NCBI GenBank assembly: GCA_965112735.1 | Contig: OZ218963.1 | Coordinates: 1,426,001-1,490,000, forward strand | From: Phaeosaccion multiseriatum | Taxonomy: Eukaryota; Protista; Ochrophyta, other classes | Length of the DNA: 64,000 bases | Reading direction: 5' to 3' | Shown here: one piece after another, positions 24,977 through 37,209 of the stretch | Layout of the letters: the number at the start of each line of letters is the position of its first letter | How positions within the stretch are numbered: position 1 is the stretch's first letter | Notes under the pieces: model-generated | Database searches by the model: none | Seen by the model: the letters and a program-made list of their open reading frames with translations, nothing else | Told to the model about the DNA's origin: nothing | Made by a program: the position numbers and the translations under genes

Positions 24977-25979
24977 ATCTGTCTGCGTGGTGCTTCGTCC
25001 ATCCCTTTAGAACGAGGGCGTTGCTCTGAGTCCCGCCGACCTGGACTACGCGAGAGGGGCCTACGGAACTGACGATGACGTCATTGTCATCGATGTGAGC
25101 ACTGTGCCGTTCCCTCCTACCAGCAGCGGCAGCAACGTTAGCAGCGGCGGAGGAGGCATCAGTGGCACCCGCGGAAGATCTGTGACGAGGCAGGATGAGC
25201 GACTGGCAGGAGGTGTCAGGGAGGGCGCGGCATTTCAGCCTCATCAAGTAGATGAAGTGCGTCCTTTTGCTGCTGCGGCTGCTGCTGCGGCCTTGCAAGG
25301 GTCGAAGGAAGCACAAGCAGATGAGGCTTCGACACATGTGGTCGTTGATGGGACAGGCTCGGCTGCTGCTCGTGGTGATGGTGGTGGTGGTTGTGGTGGT
25401 CTTGCTGGTATTGGTGCGGGGAATGATGATTACGGCGGTGCTGCTGATGGCAGGGCGCTCGTGTGGCCCCTGTCGAACACCTCGTCACCGGCCCTTGAAG
25501 AAGCGTTGGCGCAGCTCGGGATTGGCGCGGAGTGCGTCGTCCGCAGCAAGAGCGCTCGGCTCATCCCCCTGGCTCCGACCTGGGGGTCTGGGTGGGGGGG
25601 GCTCTCTGACATGCTGAGTGGTGAGGAGGGAGAGCAGGATATACGGCTAAGACTACAGCGCAATTTCCAAGCCGCTGCGGCCGTGATGTCTGCAGCAATG
25701 GGGGCGGCGGCTATGGCGGCCAGGGAAGGCGCGGGGGCGGCGGCTATGGCGGCTAGGGAAGGCGCGGAGGCGGCAGCAGCAGCGGTTGTGCTTCCCAGCT
25801 ATCTAGGGGGGGTGAAAGAGACCTCTTTTCGGCAACAGATGATGGTAGAAGAGGAGGGGGGGAGGCGGGAGAAGAAGAAAGAGGAGGAGGAGAAGGAGGA
25901 GGAGGAGGAGGAGGAGGAGGAGGAGGAAGAGGAGGAGGAGGAGGAGGAGGAGGAGGAGGAGGAGGAGGGTGGGGAGGAG

Positions 25980-26011
<32 letters not shown>

Positions 26012-26348
26012 GGAGGAGGAGGAGGAGGAGGAGGAGGAGGAGGAGAAGGAGGACAAGGAGGAGGAGGAGGACAAGGAGGAGGAGGAGGAGGAGGAGGAGG
26101 AGGAGGAGGAGGAGAAGGAGGACAAGGAGGAGGAGGAGGAGGAGGAGGAGGAGGAGGAGGAGGAGGAGGAGGAGGAGGAGGAGACGAAGAAGGAGAAGAA
26201 TAAGGATCTCGACGAGGAAGGGGTGCCGAACAGTGAGGACTTGTCTCGATTCCTCAGTGCAGACGACCCCTTCATGATGGAGAGCGTGATGCAGTGGGTT
26301 ACCGACCGAATAAAAAACGGTCCAGAGGAAACACCGCCTCCAGACTGA
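22992..26348 (+). CDS. GUCD1: GUCD1/AtGC1-like protein (papain-like C39-related fold) with a long acidic C-terminal extension
   Basis: Exons ~22992-23224, 23317-23520, 23738-23857, 24058-24772, 25011-26348. Motifs HILQR-MKWDCGVAC, SVWSIDLAMLL, DANRVNRLF, YRGHYLLVTGF, RDP, GTDDDVIVID. The start codon is uncertain (22992 or 23085), as is read-through beyond 25095. Confidence 0.82.
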
Positions 26349-26413
26349 GGAATGCACCCCACCTGACTGAGGAATCCACCCCATCTGACTGAGGAATGCA
26401 CCGCACCTGACTG
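26343..26413. repeat. ~21-22-bp tandem repeat x3 overlapping the GUCD1-like stop codon
   Basis: GACTGAGGAAT(G)CACCCCA(C/T)CT repeated three times. Confidence 0.75.
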
Positions 26414-27149
26414 ATTCGCTTGAGGCCCCTTCGCTGCCTTTCTTGCAAGACCCACTGTGCAAGGGCGCGACGAAGGAAGATGATCACGAGAAGGATCTCA
26501 AACAAGGAGAGGACAGAGGGCGGCTTCCTGCCGGGCGGTGAAGAAGCAGAAGAAGAACGAAGAAGAGGACGAGGAAGGAAGGCGGTTTACAGGAATGGCG
26601 CCCGGCAATCGATTTGGCTGCTGCTTTGTCTTAACGTCAAGCAGAGGAGGCGAGAGGACAAGATGCGCTGCGGTGAGTCGCATCCCTCCCCCGGGGAGAC
26701 GCATCCTCCGAGAGGGGGTGCACAAAAGCTTCCTCAGAAGGTTCCGCAGAAGGTTCCTCAAAGCACTCGTGCGATGACCGTCGCGTTGGGTGTGAGCCCC
26801 GCTTCCCTTAGAGTCTGGGAGCTGTCATCGTGAACCTGTGGACGTAAGGGTGCGTCAGTCGTAGGGAGCGTCAACGATTCCAATGCGATACCGCATGTTT
26901 ACGCGTGAGTCAATCCTACCTTGGGAGGAAAAGCGGTCCATATTTGAAGGGCCGTAGTGGCTGCAGGGCAGAGGCTGAGCTGCCGACCAAGCTATGGCGA
27001 CAAAAAGTACCGAGGAGCGAGAACGGTAATCAGAAACAAATGGAGTCAGCAATAGAAGACACCACTCCAGCAGGCTCTCTCCCTTCAGTGTTCAGTGCCG
27101 ACATAGTACAAGATTGACACACCGCGAGGGGGCTCCCCACAAGAACTGA

Positions 27150-28720
27150 AACATGTAATAGATTGTTGCGTTTCCAGCCAGCTCAAGCCTCCCCGCAGTA
27201 CCAAGTCTCACACAACTTCTATCAACCTCCGTGGTCGTTGAAGGCGGAGCAGTACTCTTCCCAGCACATACACACACACACACGCACGCAGCAAGCCAAG
27301 CGCCTCAAGTCTTCTCTGTCCCTCATCCCATTACCTCGATTCTCAGCGCGTCGATGGTGTCGTCGAATCCCAACTCCACTCGGAGCTTTGTTCCGTGGCC
27401 ATAAACGACTTGCACCACAGCACGGCTCCCCGCGGCTCGATCTCGGGTCTCACCTCCCGTTCTAGTTTGCACATTTCCGGCGGCGGTAGGCACTGCTGCT
27501 GCTGTTGCTGCTGCCACTGACGCCACTTCTTGAACTTCTCTTACTGACCCGTTAGCTTCCCTTTCGTGTTTCCGGGAGGGGGTAGTTCCTCCCCGTGGGG
27601 CATCTCCCTTGCCGAGGCGGTGTCCATGACCTGCAAAAGGGCCGCCGAGTACGCCTCCCGAGGTGGAAACCGTCCTGAGGGGGTCATTGACTTAGGTTGA
27701 GCCTCACATACTATCACGATGAATATCGACTTATGTGACTGAGCACTATATCGTACTACTTGGCCTGTCACTGTTTCTGTAGAGGGGATATCGCAACACG
27801 ACAGCTGTCCTGTAGGGGGTATCGCAACACATACGCCTTCCTACCCCAACTCAGAAAGGAGGTTAAGTAAGGTACCTACGGACCTCGAGTCCCGTATTTC
27901 GAAGATGAAGCCGTCGGGATATTCCGTGCGGAACTCTGAAGGGAAGTACCTGGGAGACAGACAACAGAGGGAGCGGGGGGGAGGAAAACGTTTGGTTTCA
28001 TTCAGTCTTGCCCTAACACATCTGTGAAGGGGAGGGGCGGGAGAGGGCGGGGTCAGGAAGTGGCACACATCGAAGGATGCTGTTAAAGGGACCTGAAGAG
28101 AGTAGTCATAAGAAGAAGGTTTCTCACCCATCGAGCAAGTCTCGCACGAAGAGCTGCGTCTTGGGGTCGCAAAACAGCCGCAAATCGGAGCTGGCCTCCA
28201 AAAGACTTGTTCCGGGCCTTCCGGGGCCGAAGCTTCCGACTCGAACAGCATCCGAGAAGAGCTGAAGGGGAACCCGTCCGATGGACTGAAACTGGGCCTT
28301 GCGGCCACCGTCGGAGATGACCATTTCAGTGCGCTCTTGGGCCATAGAGGCGTTGAGCTCCTTGACCTTGCCGATAAGGTGGTCAAAGTCCACGAGGAAA
28401 CCACCCCCTCTACGCACTTCATCGCCTCCTCCACCTCCTTCTCCACCTCCTCCACCTCCTCCTCCTCCTCCTCCTCCTCCTCCTCCTCCTCCTCCTCCTC
28501 CTCCTCCTCCTCCTCCTCCTCCTCCTCCTCCTCCTCCTCCTCCTCCTCCTCCTCCTCCTCCTCCTCCTCCTCCTCCTCCTCCTCCTCCTCCTCCTCCTCC
28601 TCCTCCTCCTCCTCCTCCTCCTCCTCCTCCTCCTCCTCCTCCTCCTCCTCCTCCTCCTCCTCCTCCTCCTCCTCCTCCTCCTCCTCCTCCTCCTCCTCCT
28701 CCTCCTCCTCCTCCTCCTCC

Positions 28721-28757
<37 letters not shown>

Positions 28758-29812
28758 GCAGCAACTGCGGCTGCTGTTGATGCATCTCGGACTTCCCGCC
28801 TGGCAGGGCGGGTAAGGTGCCCCTCCGCCGCCGTAGAGCTGCCAGCTCCAACCCATCTCAGTCCGCAGTCCTCCAGAAACTGCTCCATATCCGCAATCTG
28901 CTTCTGCATTCTCCTATTCTCCGCCAGTACCTGCGGCAACTGTTCCAACAGGGCCGTAGTAGACGTGACAGGCCCCGGGCCCCAACTTGCCCTTGATTTC
29001 CCCCCTCGCCCTGCATTTTGTCCTTCCGATCCGGTAGCCTGTGACCCCGACTGCCTTTCGCCCCTCCCCTCCTCCCCCCCCTCCTCCTCCTCCTCCTCCT
29101 CCTCCTCCTCCTCCTCCTCCTCCTCCTCCTCCTCCTCCTCCTCCTCCTCCTCCTCCTCCTCCTCCTCCTCCTCCTCCTCCTCCTCCTCCTCCTCCTCCTC
29201 CTCCTCCTCCTCCTCCTCCTCCTCCTCCTCCTCGTCTTGCTCCTTCTCCTGCTGCTGCTGCTGCTGGTGAAATCCATTCTTTGCTCTAACGGCTTTTTCA
29301 CCTGCGCCACCCCGTGCAGCTGCTGCTGCCGGTCCCGCCTTGACTGCCGGCAAACCGGCCTGTAGCTGCTCTATGAGGCAGCGCTTTTCCCTCCGCATGG
29401 TGATGATCTCCTTGTCCCGGACGATGACTTGCTCCCTCATGGAACGCAAGCTGCCCTCTAGTGTTCGGATTCGGTCGCCGATGCTGTTCAATAAGCTGCA
29501 GTCTGCCGCATTTGAAGCTGCGCAGAAAACCGGACAGAGCATCGGAAGATGAGCGAATCCAATCAAAGCCAGGGGGATGGATGTGTCCAAAGTATCTAAC
29601 TAAACAAGGGCCAGACGCAGAAAGAGAGCGAAGCGCGGTGAGTGACTGACCTGACGCAGGGCGCAGCAAACCTGGGTCGCTGTCGCTGTCTCTGTTCCTA
29701 ACCCGCCTGTCTCTCCAGCTCGTCAACACAGTGGCCCCCCTCCGTAGAGCCCGGGGGGGAGCAGATGGTCCATGAGCCCTCTCTCAAACGGGTGATGCTG
29801 CTCCTCTCCATC
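27150..29812 (-). CDS. UBXN11: UBXN11-like p97/Cdc48 cofactor (coiled coil, SEP domain, probable UBX domain)
   Basis: QIADMEQFLEDCGLRWVG, VDFDHLIGKVKELN, FVRDLLDG|YFPSEFRTEYPDG (intron 28127-27950), and UBX-like KLRVELGFDDTIDALR. First and last exons are not resolved, so the ends are approximate. Confidence 0.7.
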
Positions 29813-30527
29813 TTCCTCCCGGTCTATCCTCCCCCACAAGCGATCATTTTTTCCTACTTGGAATCCTTCCTTTTCCCCCATGCGCCGTTATGCTAGCGAC
29901 CCCGCCGCTGCCGCCGCCGCTGCTGCTGCTGCTGGTGCTGCTACTTCTACTGCCACTGCCACTTGATTAGCGTACACGGGAGGGGATAGATGAGAAAAAC
30001 AATCCGCAGACGATGAACGAACAAACGAAGACGTGCCGTTTCGGAATCAGTTTGAGTAAAAGTATCATGGCTTCACAGGCAGTTCAGTTTCAATTTCAAT
30101 TTCATTTGATGACATACTTGAACGTTTCACCTCCCTTTTTTCCCTCTCTTTGCTGCTCCGAGCTTGCTGCTGCTCACTCTCCATCTCCCACCACGTCTAA
30201 TATATAGCTGTCAAAGTAGTTCAAGGAGAAGGTGCGAGAGAAGTTTTGGTTGGGACGGAATAAGGACAGCAAAGTTTCCTTCCAAAAGAGTAGACCCTTC
30301 CCTGTTTCTCAACGTCGCCTCCCCTGTTGTCTGTGTCGCTCCCCTCTGTTGTTTGTGATTTCGTTCTGACTGCCGTGTGAATCAACGGTAGAGCGGTTAT
30401 TCTGCTACCGGCCTCAAAACCGCTGCTGGGTGTATTGACTTGACTGTCGGAGTGAGAGGGGAGAGAGGGAGACGGGGAGGAGGAAGAGGCCATCTGACGG
30501 CGGAGGGAAAGCGCAGACGGCTCAAAC

Positions 30528-30631
30528 ATGGTAAGCAACGAGAAAAGGGGAGTGGTAAATGTAGAGCGAGGAGAGAGGGAGTAGAGCGCGCGCGCGGAAA
30601 GAGGCACAGAGGCACCGCACCGGAGAGAGAG

Positions 30632-30707
<76 letters not shown>

Positions 30708-31950
30708 ACAAGGAAGAGAGAGAGAGAGAGAGAGGGAGGGAGGGACAAAAGGAGCTAAGATGATTATGGGGGAGGGCCACGATATCCGCGCCACACACGG
30801 AGCGAGAGGGAAAGATGGACAGGAGAGAGCAAATCCAAGTGTATAAAAACGCAACACGACGACCAACGTACCTCCCTGCTTTCTGTCCGCCCTCATCCTG
30901 GACTCGAAACCCCCTCCCGCTCCTCAGTCTGACGTGGAGGAGACGCTTGAGCGCATCAAGGTTCAGCCCGGGGTAGAGGGCTACGTCATTTGCAGTATGG
31001 ATGGACAGGTACGCAAGCTTCGAGGCAAAGCATTGTGAAGGAAAGCTCGCTCCTTACTAGTCTTAAATACTCTGTTGTGAAGACTGTGTTAAATCTCCGG
31101 CCCGCCCGTACTCTTGGTTGTCTCTCCTAACTAACTCGCTTGCCCATGGTTTGCCCCCTCGTCAGGTGCTCCGACGATTTCCAACCATGTCGCAGGAAAC
31201 AGCAGAGATCTACGCAGAGGCCATGATGCATTTGTCTTCTAAGGCGAGGTAAGAAGGCGTATCGGCAAGCAGAGGGACAGGCGGCTACAGCCGGGACGGC
31301 GGTCGCCACACGCGCAAAGGAGGGAGCGGCATGGAACCATCATGCTTTGAGAAAGGGTTGGATCGCTAGTTCGAGGGGGGTTGAGACGGGACGAACTGAA
31401 AAGTCTATTTCTCCCGGCGGTAGTACACACACCCACACAACATGCAACACCTACACAAACCGAAGGGCTTATCTTCTCATCCCCCGGCTGCGGCGCCCCC
31501 CTTGTGTTACCCTCGCGTACATCTTGTCCATCCATCAGGGGAGTCGTCCGAGACCTGAGCCCCAAGGACGAGCTGCGCTACTTCCGGATAAGAGCTAAAC
31601 GCCACGAAGTCATGGTGGCTTTCGGTGAGTAACGGGCTTGGCCTGATCTTTGCGTGCACGTCCATCATCTTTCTCAAGTGGTCTCTACGTAGAGGGGAGA
31701 GTTTAAGTGGCTTATATAGGAATCAACCTAAGAGGGGGGGATGTGTGTTAGAGGGGACGAGGTGCAGGGATGTGCTGCGGCGTATTTCGGCTTTTCTCAT
31801 CTTCCCCAGACAGTCAAGTCCGTGTGTTGATTCGCCTTACTGATGGCCTACCGGGTCTCACTCTTTCTGTGCTCGCCAACATTGCTCCCTGCTGTTACAG
31901 ATAAAGATTTCTTAGCACTAGTGATACAGCGATGGGTACCAAGCCCATAA
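30528..31950 (+). CDS. DYNLRB: Dynein light chain roadblock (LC7)
   Basis: Exons 30528-30530 (ATG only), 30928-31008, 31166-31248, 31539-31624, 31901-31950, giving MSDVEETLERIKVQPGVEGYVI...ARGVVRDLSPKDELRYFRIRAKRHEVMVAFDKDFLALVIQ. Confidence 0.95.
30634..30735. repeat. (GA)n intronic microsatellite
   Basis: Direct observation. Confidence 0.9.
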
Positions 31951-32422
31951 AGGGACCAGTATTCACAGGTAGTGGCGGACAGGGAGCGCTGAGAAGCTTA
32001 TGGTTGCACGTGGGGGTTTTCAGCACAAAGGGGGCAGGATTGAGTTCGTAGTACATAACAAGAGAGGGAGAGAAGAGAAGAGCAGAGGAAAGGCGTGCGG
32101 GCGAAGTCGAGAGGCATACATCCGTCACAATGGAACGGATGGGGGAGACGGGCAGCAGCAGCCTCAGCCCCTTATCAGGAGAGACAGGCTTGCTAAGAGA
32201 CGCCCCGAACCATGAATAATGAGATGCCCATCGATCCATGGTCTTCCGCCTTTCCTCGCTTTTTCCCTTCCCTACTTGTCAGCATTGCTGCAAGAGGACT
32301 CCCCCTTGCCGCCCGATCCCTAAAAAACGGGCGATTTGGGCGATTCTTACCACACAAATCGAGTGTTAAAAAGTTAAAATAATAGTGAGAAGAGCTTTGC
32401 ATTGAGTTGACTTGCACGCTAT

Positions 32423-34429
32423 TTACTGCTCGGCCTCGACCTCCTCCTCCTCGTTCTCGAAGCGACCGATGACGCAGTTATTCTTGGTCAGCGGCCCACG
32501 CGCGCTGCGGTATTTGACAATGTTTCCGTCGTTCTGCAGCCACCCTTCCTTTCGTCCCTTGACGTACTCCTCGCGGCTCCAGGCGGTCATGCCCCACTTG
32601 TTGGAGCGCAGAATCTTCTGGCGTCCAGGGAACTTGAACTTGGCACGGCGAAGGGCCTCGATCACCACCGCCGCGTGGTTGTCCTTGGCGCGGACGGACA
32701 GAATGATCTGGCCAATGTCGATACGGGCGGCGGTCTCCATGGGCTTGCCGTAGGAGTGGCGCATACCACTAAGGGAGAAAAAGAAAACGTCGTGTGGAGA
32801 CGGCCCAGCCACGGGAGGAGTCGAATTAAACCGGACCCCAAAGAGAGCAGAGAGAAGAAAAGAGGCAGCGAACGGACGGACCGAAAATGACGTTCTCGGT
32901 TAGGGCGCGTTGCAAAGCCTCCGACAGTAATGGCTGGGAAGCAACCCCGCCCACCCCCCACGATTCTTCAGCCAATGACGAGCGGGGTGTTCCAGACCGC
33001 CCGCCACACACGGCCTCTATCCCAAGTAACGGAATGGAGCAGCAGCAGTCGGTGTGTCTACAGCCCCACGTATCTATCCAAGTAACGGAGTGGAGCAGCA
33101 GCACCGCCACCACCAGTCGGTGTAACTACAGCCACACGTACCTGGACAGACGATCGGCGCCGGCGCACGAAAGCATTTTGTTCTGGCGGATGACGTGGAA
33201 GGGGTGAGCGCGCACGCGGATGTGGAAGTTATCCTTACCAGCGAACTTGACCATGTACTTGTTGCAAGTCACTCGGGCCGCCTGCGCGCAAGCAGCAGTC
33301 GACGAATGGAGATGGGGGGGGGGGGGGGTGGAGAGACACAGAGGGGGGGCAGAGCAGCGGAAGGGTGAGTTGCGCCGTCTTTTAAGAGCCATGAGGAGAC
33401 AATTGGAGTCAGAGGGGGCAAGGAAGAGCACGGCACATATTCCGCCCGGAATCTCTTCCCCTTGCTTCTGCCGGCTGGAGCTGCTGCTGCCCACCCACCC
33501 ATCCCTCCAATCGTCCGTAAAGCACCACAATGACATGCCGCCCTCCACCCGCTCTCCTCCCGCTTGAGAGTGTATTCAGACGCTTCCACACTTCCGCGAA
33601 GCGATCGGCACAGCTTCGACCACGCTGTAGCGGAGCCCATTCCACTCTTTCCCTCTCTCTGCGAACTCTAAACGTGAGCAATAAGTCTGCATCCCTTGCG
33701 CGCCCTAAAGGCCCTCAGAGTGTCTCGCATCTGCGACAGGCGCTTCCCCAGCCTTGCCACATCGGCGGCACAGCGGAGGCACAGAGGAAAATGCACAAAA
33801 ACCAACTCAACCCGCCCACAGGAAGGAGTGGAGGGCAGGATCGTACGAGAAAGGGTACCCACCACGCACCTCGAGGGCGCAGCTGGTGAGCTGTTCCTTC
33901 TCGTCCGAGACCAAGTGCCCCGCGAAGGGGAAAAGGTCCACAGAAGCACTCTTGTTTCCGCAGTCGAAGATGCGGATCTTCGGGTCCGGCACACCGCGGC
34001 AGTACCGCGACTTAATGAAGGGCTTATTCTTCTGGAAGCGCATGCATCGTGCCGGTCCTACGGAGAGAGAGGGCAGTAGAGCGGAGGGAAGAGGGGGGTT
34101 AGTAGGGAGCGGAGGGAAGGAGAGGGCTGTAGGGGCGAATGAATTGCAACGCTGATGTGGCGAATAACCCCACCAACAACACCACTCCATCTCCCTCATC
34201 CCGCAGTAGCTGCACCGCCGCTACGATGCTGCCCCCGACACCCCCCGCTGGCCCCTCCCAGCTGCGGGGCGGTATACTCTCCTGCTCCTGCTCCTCCTCC
34301 TCATCCTCTCTCGATCTCTACTCCTGCTTCTGCTCCCGCTACTTTCCAAACACCCTCACGTCCCCTCCCTATCAACCGACAAATAGTCACGTAAAGGACC
34401 CCCTCCCCCTCCTACTTACGTCGTCCCAT
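32423..34429 (-). CDS. RPL10: 60S ribosomal protein L10 (uL16)
   Basis: Exons 34429-34420, 34057-33870, 33281-33142, 32768-32423: MGRRPARC...[17 protein letters not shown]...[11 protein letters not shown]...[16 protein letters not shown]. Confidence 0.98.
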
Positions 34430-34555
34430 GGCTACCGCTCTCCTCGCTCACTGCCGCACCAGTCCCAGACCTCACTTCCACCCCGGGGCAAACTTACACT
34501 TGGCGCGCACTACACGTGTTGTACTTCACTATGGTGTAAAAATCAAAAAAATGAA

Positions 34556-34807
34556 ATGGAGGACGAGGACGCTTTCGGAGGTGCGGCTTGGAGGGCCTAT
34601 TACTGTGATCACACAATAATGCTTGAGTTCCCCTTGTTGTTCCTTCCCCTCGGCAGCGCTGGAGCTGAGTGATCCCGCTCAAGAATTTGGCATTAAGCTT
34701 CCCCTCCGAATCGTGCTTCGAGGCCAAGCGGTGACTCTGGGAAGAAGCCATCACGCAGGTTAGGGGAAGAAGTGCTTTCCTCTATTTTTTGGAGTCCTGT
34801 CTCAATG

Positions 34808-34840
<33 letters not shown>

Positions 34841-36134
34841 CTATCCGTACTCCTGCGGCATCCGACAAGATGTGCAACTAGACCTGGGGAAGGAAGGAGC
34901 TGTGAGCATTTCAAGGAAGCATGCACAGTTTTCTCGAGTATCAGGCTCGAGCTCAACATGTATCGTCACCGATTTGGTACGTCCCGTTGTGGATGGAGGT
35001 GTCGCACGTGGTTTTTAGCCGCCACGACCAGGGGGGACATCCATGGTTGAAGGCTTGATGCAGCGGTGGTGCTAACGCTCGCCTCGGCTCACTTCGCATT
35101 TTCTCGTCAAACAGAACAGCACCAACGGGGTGTGGGTCAATGGCATCAAAGTCCTGTCCACGATCTTGGTTGCTGGCGACGTAGTGCAGCTCGGCGGAGC
35201 GGCGGGTCTGAAGGTCGGCGAGAAGTTCCTCGGAGGGAAGTCCAATGTGCGCTATACTTACACGCAGGTGCCAGGAGTAGAGAGATCGGGAGCAGCAGCA
35301 ACACCAGCAACACCAGCAGCAAGTTCTCCCGAAAAGAAGAGCCGCAAGAGGCCACGGCCAGGAAGCGGAAAGGGTGAGCAGCAGCAGCAAAAGGAAACGC
35401 CAAAGCCCAAGCCCAAGCCAAAGCCGACGCAGGCATCTGTAGCGGGTGTTGCGCGACAAGCATCAGGCTCAGGAGGTAGTGCTGCCAAGACTTGCTCAGA
35501 AGCTGCCTCGAGTGGGACGCGTGGCAGCCGCACTGGGGCTTGTCCCTCGGAGCACGCCGCCGTGTTGCAGGAGAGCAAAGCCGCTACAAAGGAGGCTGAG
35601 ACGCACGACAAGGTCCTTGAGGCGTTGCGCAGTGATTGTGATGCAGCGATAAAGCGGGCACTGAAACTCAAGGCGGAAAAGAAGGCCGTGCAAAGTGCGT
35701 TGGACGCCGCGGAGGAGAGGGCGGAGAAGGCTGGCAAACTCCTCAAGGAGGAGAAGGGAAAGGTCAAGGAGGCTCAAGCCGGGAAGAAGAGGCTCCGCGA
35801 GGAACTGGCAAAGGCGGCAGCAGCAGCAGAAGCAGCAGCAGCCGCAAGGGGGGGGGGCACAGCGGCAGCAAGAACAGACTTGGAGACGCACAACAAAATG
35901 TTGAGGGAGAGAATCATGGCGGAGGTAATGTGCCCGCTCTGCGGCGATGTTCTGCTCGACTCAGCAGTGCTGGAGTGCTCACACGCCTTTTGCTTGGGAT
36001 GCTGGAAGGAACGTTCGGCCACGGAGGGCGGCAAGGGGGGCGACTGCTGCCCGGTGTGCATGTGAGTGAAGTAAACGATTTTCTTGTGGGTGGGTGGGGC
36101 AATTTCGAAGGTGGGCACAATGGTGCCCTGAGGG

Positions 36135-36199
<65 letters not shown>

Positions 36200-37008
36200 C
36201 GTGTGTGTGTGTGTGCTTGTGTGTGTGTCTGTGCTTGTGTGTGTGTGTTTCTGTGTGGGTGTGTGTTTGAGTGTGTGTCTTGTGTGTGCGCGTACTTGTG
36301 CGTACGTGTGTGTGCGTGCGTGTGTGTGTGTGTTGGGGGGGGGGGGGGAGGTGCGTACTTGTACGTGTGTGTGTGCGTGTGTTTGCCCCAATTTCCCTCA
36401 ACAGGCACTGACACGCCGAACCGCTTCGGTTGTTCGCAGGCAAGCCCTGTCCAAAGAGGGCAAGAAGGCCAGGCGGAGCGCGCACCTCGACAACGTTGTG
36501 GGCATTGTCGTCGCCAACCTGGGGACTCCGGATGACAAGGATGCGTGGACGAGGCGACAGGCAGCGAGGGAGGATTCGCTCTACATTGTGAGTGCTGTCG
36601 GGCAGTGTCAATCGCATTAGCAGTGCTCATCCCCCCTCCCTTTGCCGTATGTAGCCAAGCGTTGGCCTGGCCTCGCTCTCTCGCGTTGAGTATACGTACA
36701 CTTGTTTGACGGCAATGAATGCAATGCACTCGTCTGCTGACCGTGCAGGAGGAGGCAAACAGAGGCAGCGGCGATGGAGGAGGGGCTGCTACTGGAGATG
36801 CAGCCACAGCGACAAGGAGGAGGAAGAAGACAAGGGAGGAAAGATGCGAGGGCTGCGACGAAGTTGGGCACTCCCTGGATACCTGTCCCCACCGCAGCGA
36901 TAGGTGAGTCGCATAGAAGCTTACGAATGCCTCACGCTTTCCTACTCTATGGAATGGAAATCACTCGCGTTCTGTTCTGACAACGGTGCGTGGGCTCTTT
37001 TTTGCTGC

Positions 37009-37039
<31 letters not shown>

Positions 37040-37209
37040 CTCCTGACCCTCTTGTTTCACCAACCAACCTCAGTGCGCTGGAAGAGGAAGAGGAGGAGAA
37101 GGAGGAGGAGGAGGAGGAGGAGGAGGAGGAGGAGGAGGAGGAGGAGGAGGAGGAGGAGGAGGAGGAAGAGGAGGAGGAAGAGGAGGAGGCGAGGTCGGAG
37201 AGCGGTTGA
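34556..37209 (+). CDS. FHA + coiled coil + RING E3 ligase (RNF8/CHFR-like) with a C-terminal CCHC zinc knuckle and acidic tail
   Basis: FHA motifs VTLGRS, ISRKHA, NSTNGVWVNG lie across exons (~34556-34580, 34657-34758, 34870-34976, 35115-36061). RING: CPLC...LECSHAFCLGC...CPVC. Later exons 36440-36587, 36749-36903 (CEGCDEVGHSLDTC) and 37074-37209. Confidence 0.88.
36135..36380. repeat. (GT)n intronic microsatellite
   Basis: Direct observation. Confidence 0.9.

Noticed and set aside
32326-32345. CGGGCGATTTGGGCGATT shared with ~9025-9042
   Set aside because: Too short to establish a shared element.
32772-33869. Intronic snoRNAs in RPL10
   Set aside because: I found no convincing C/D or H/ACA box arrangement by eye; an Infernal/snoReport search is needed.
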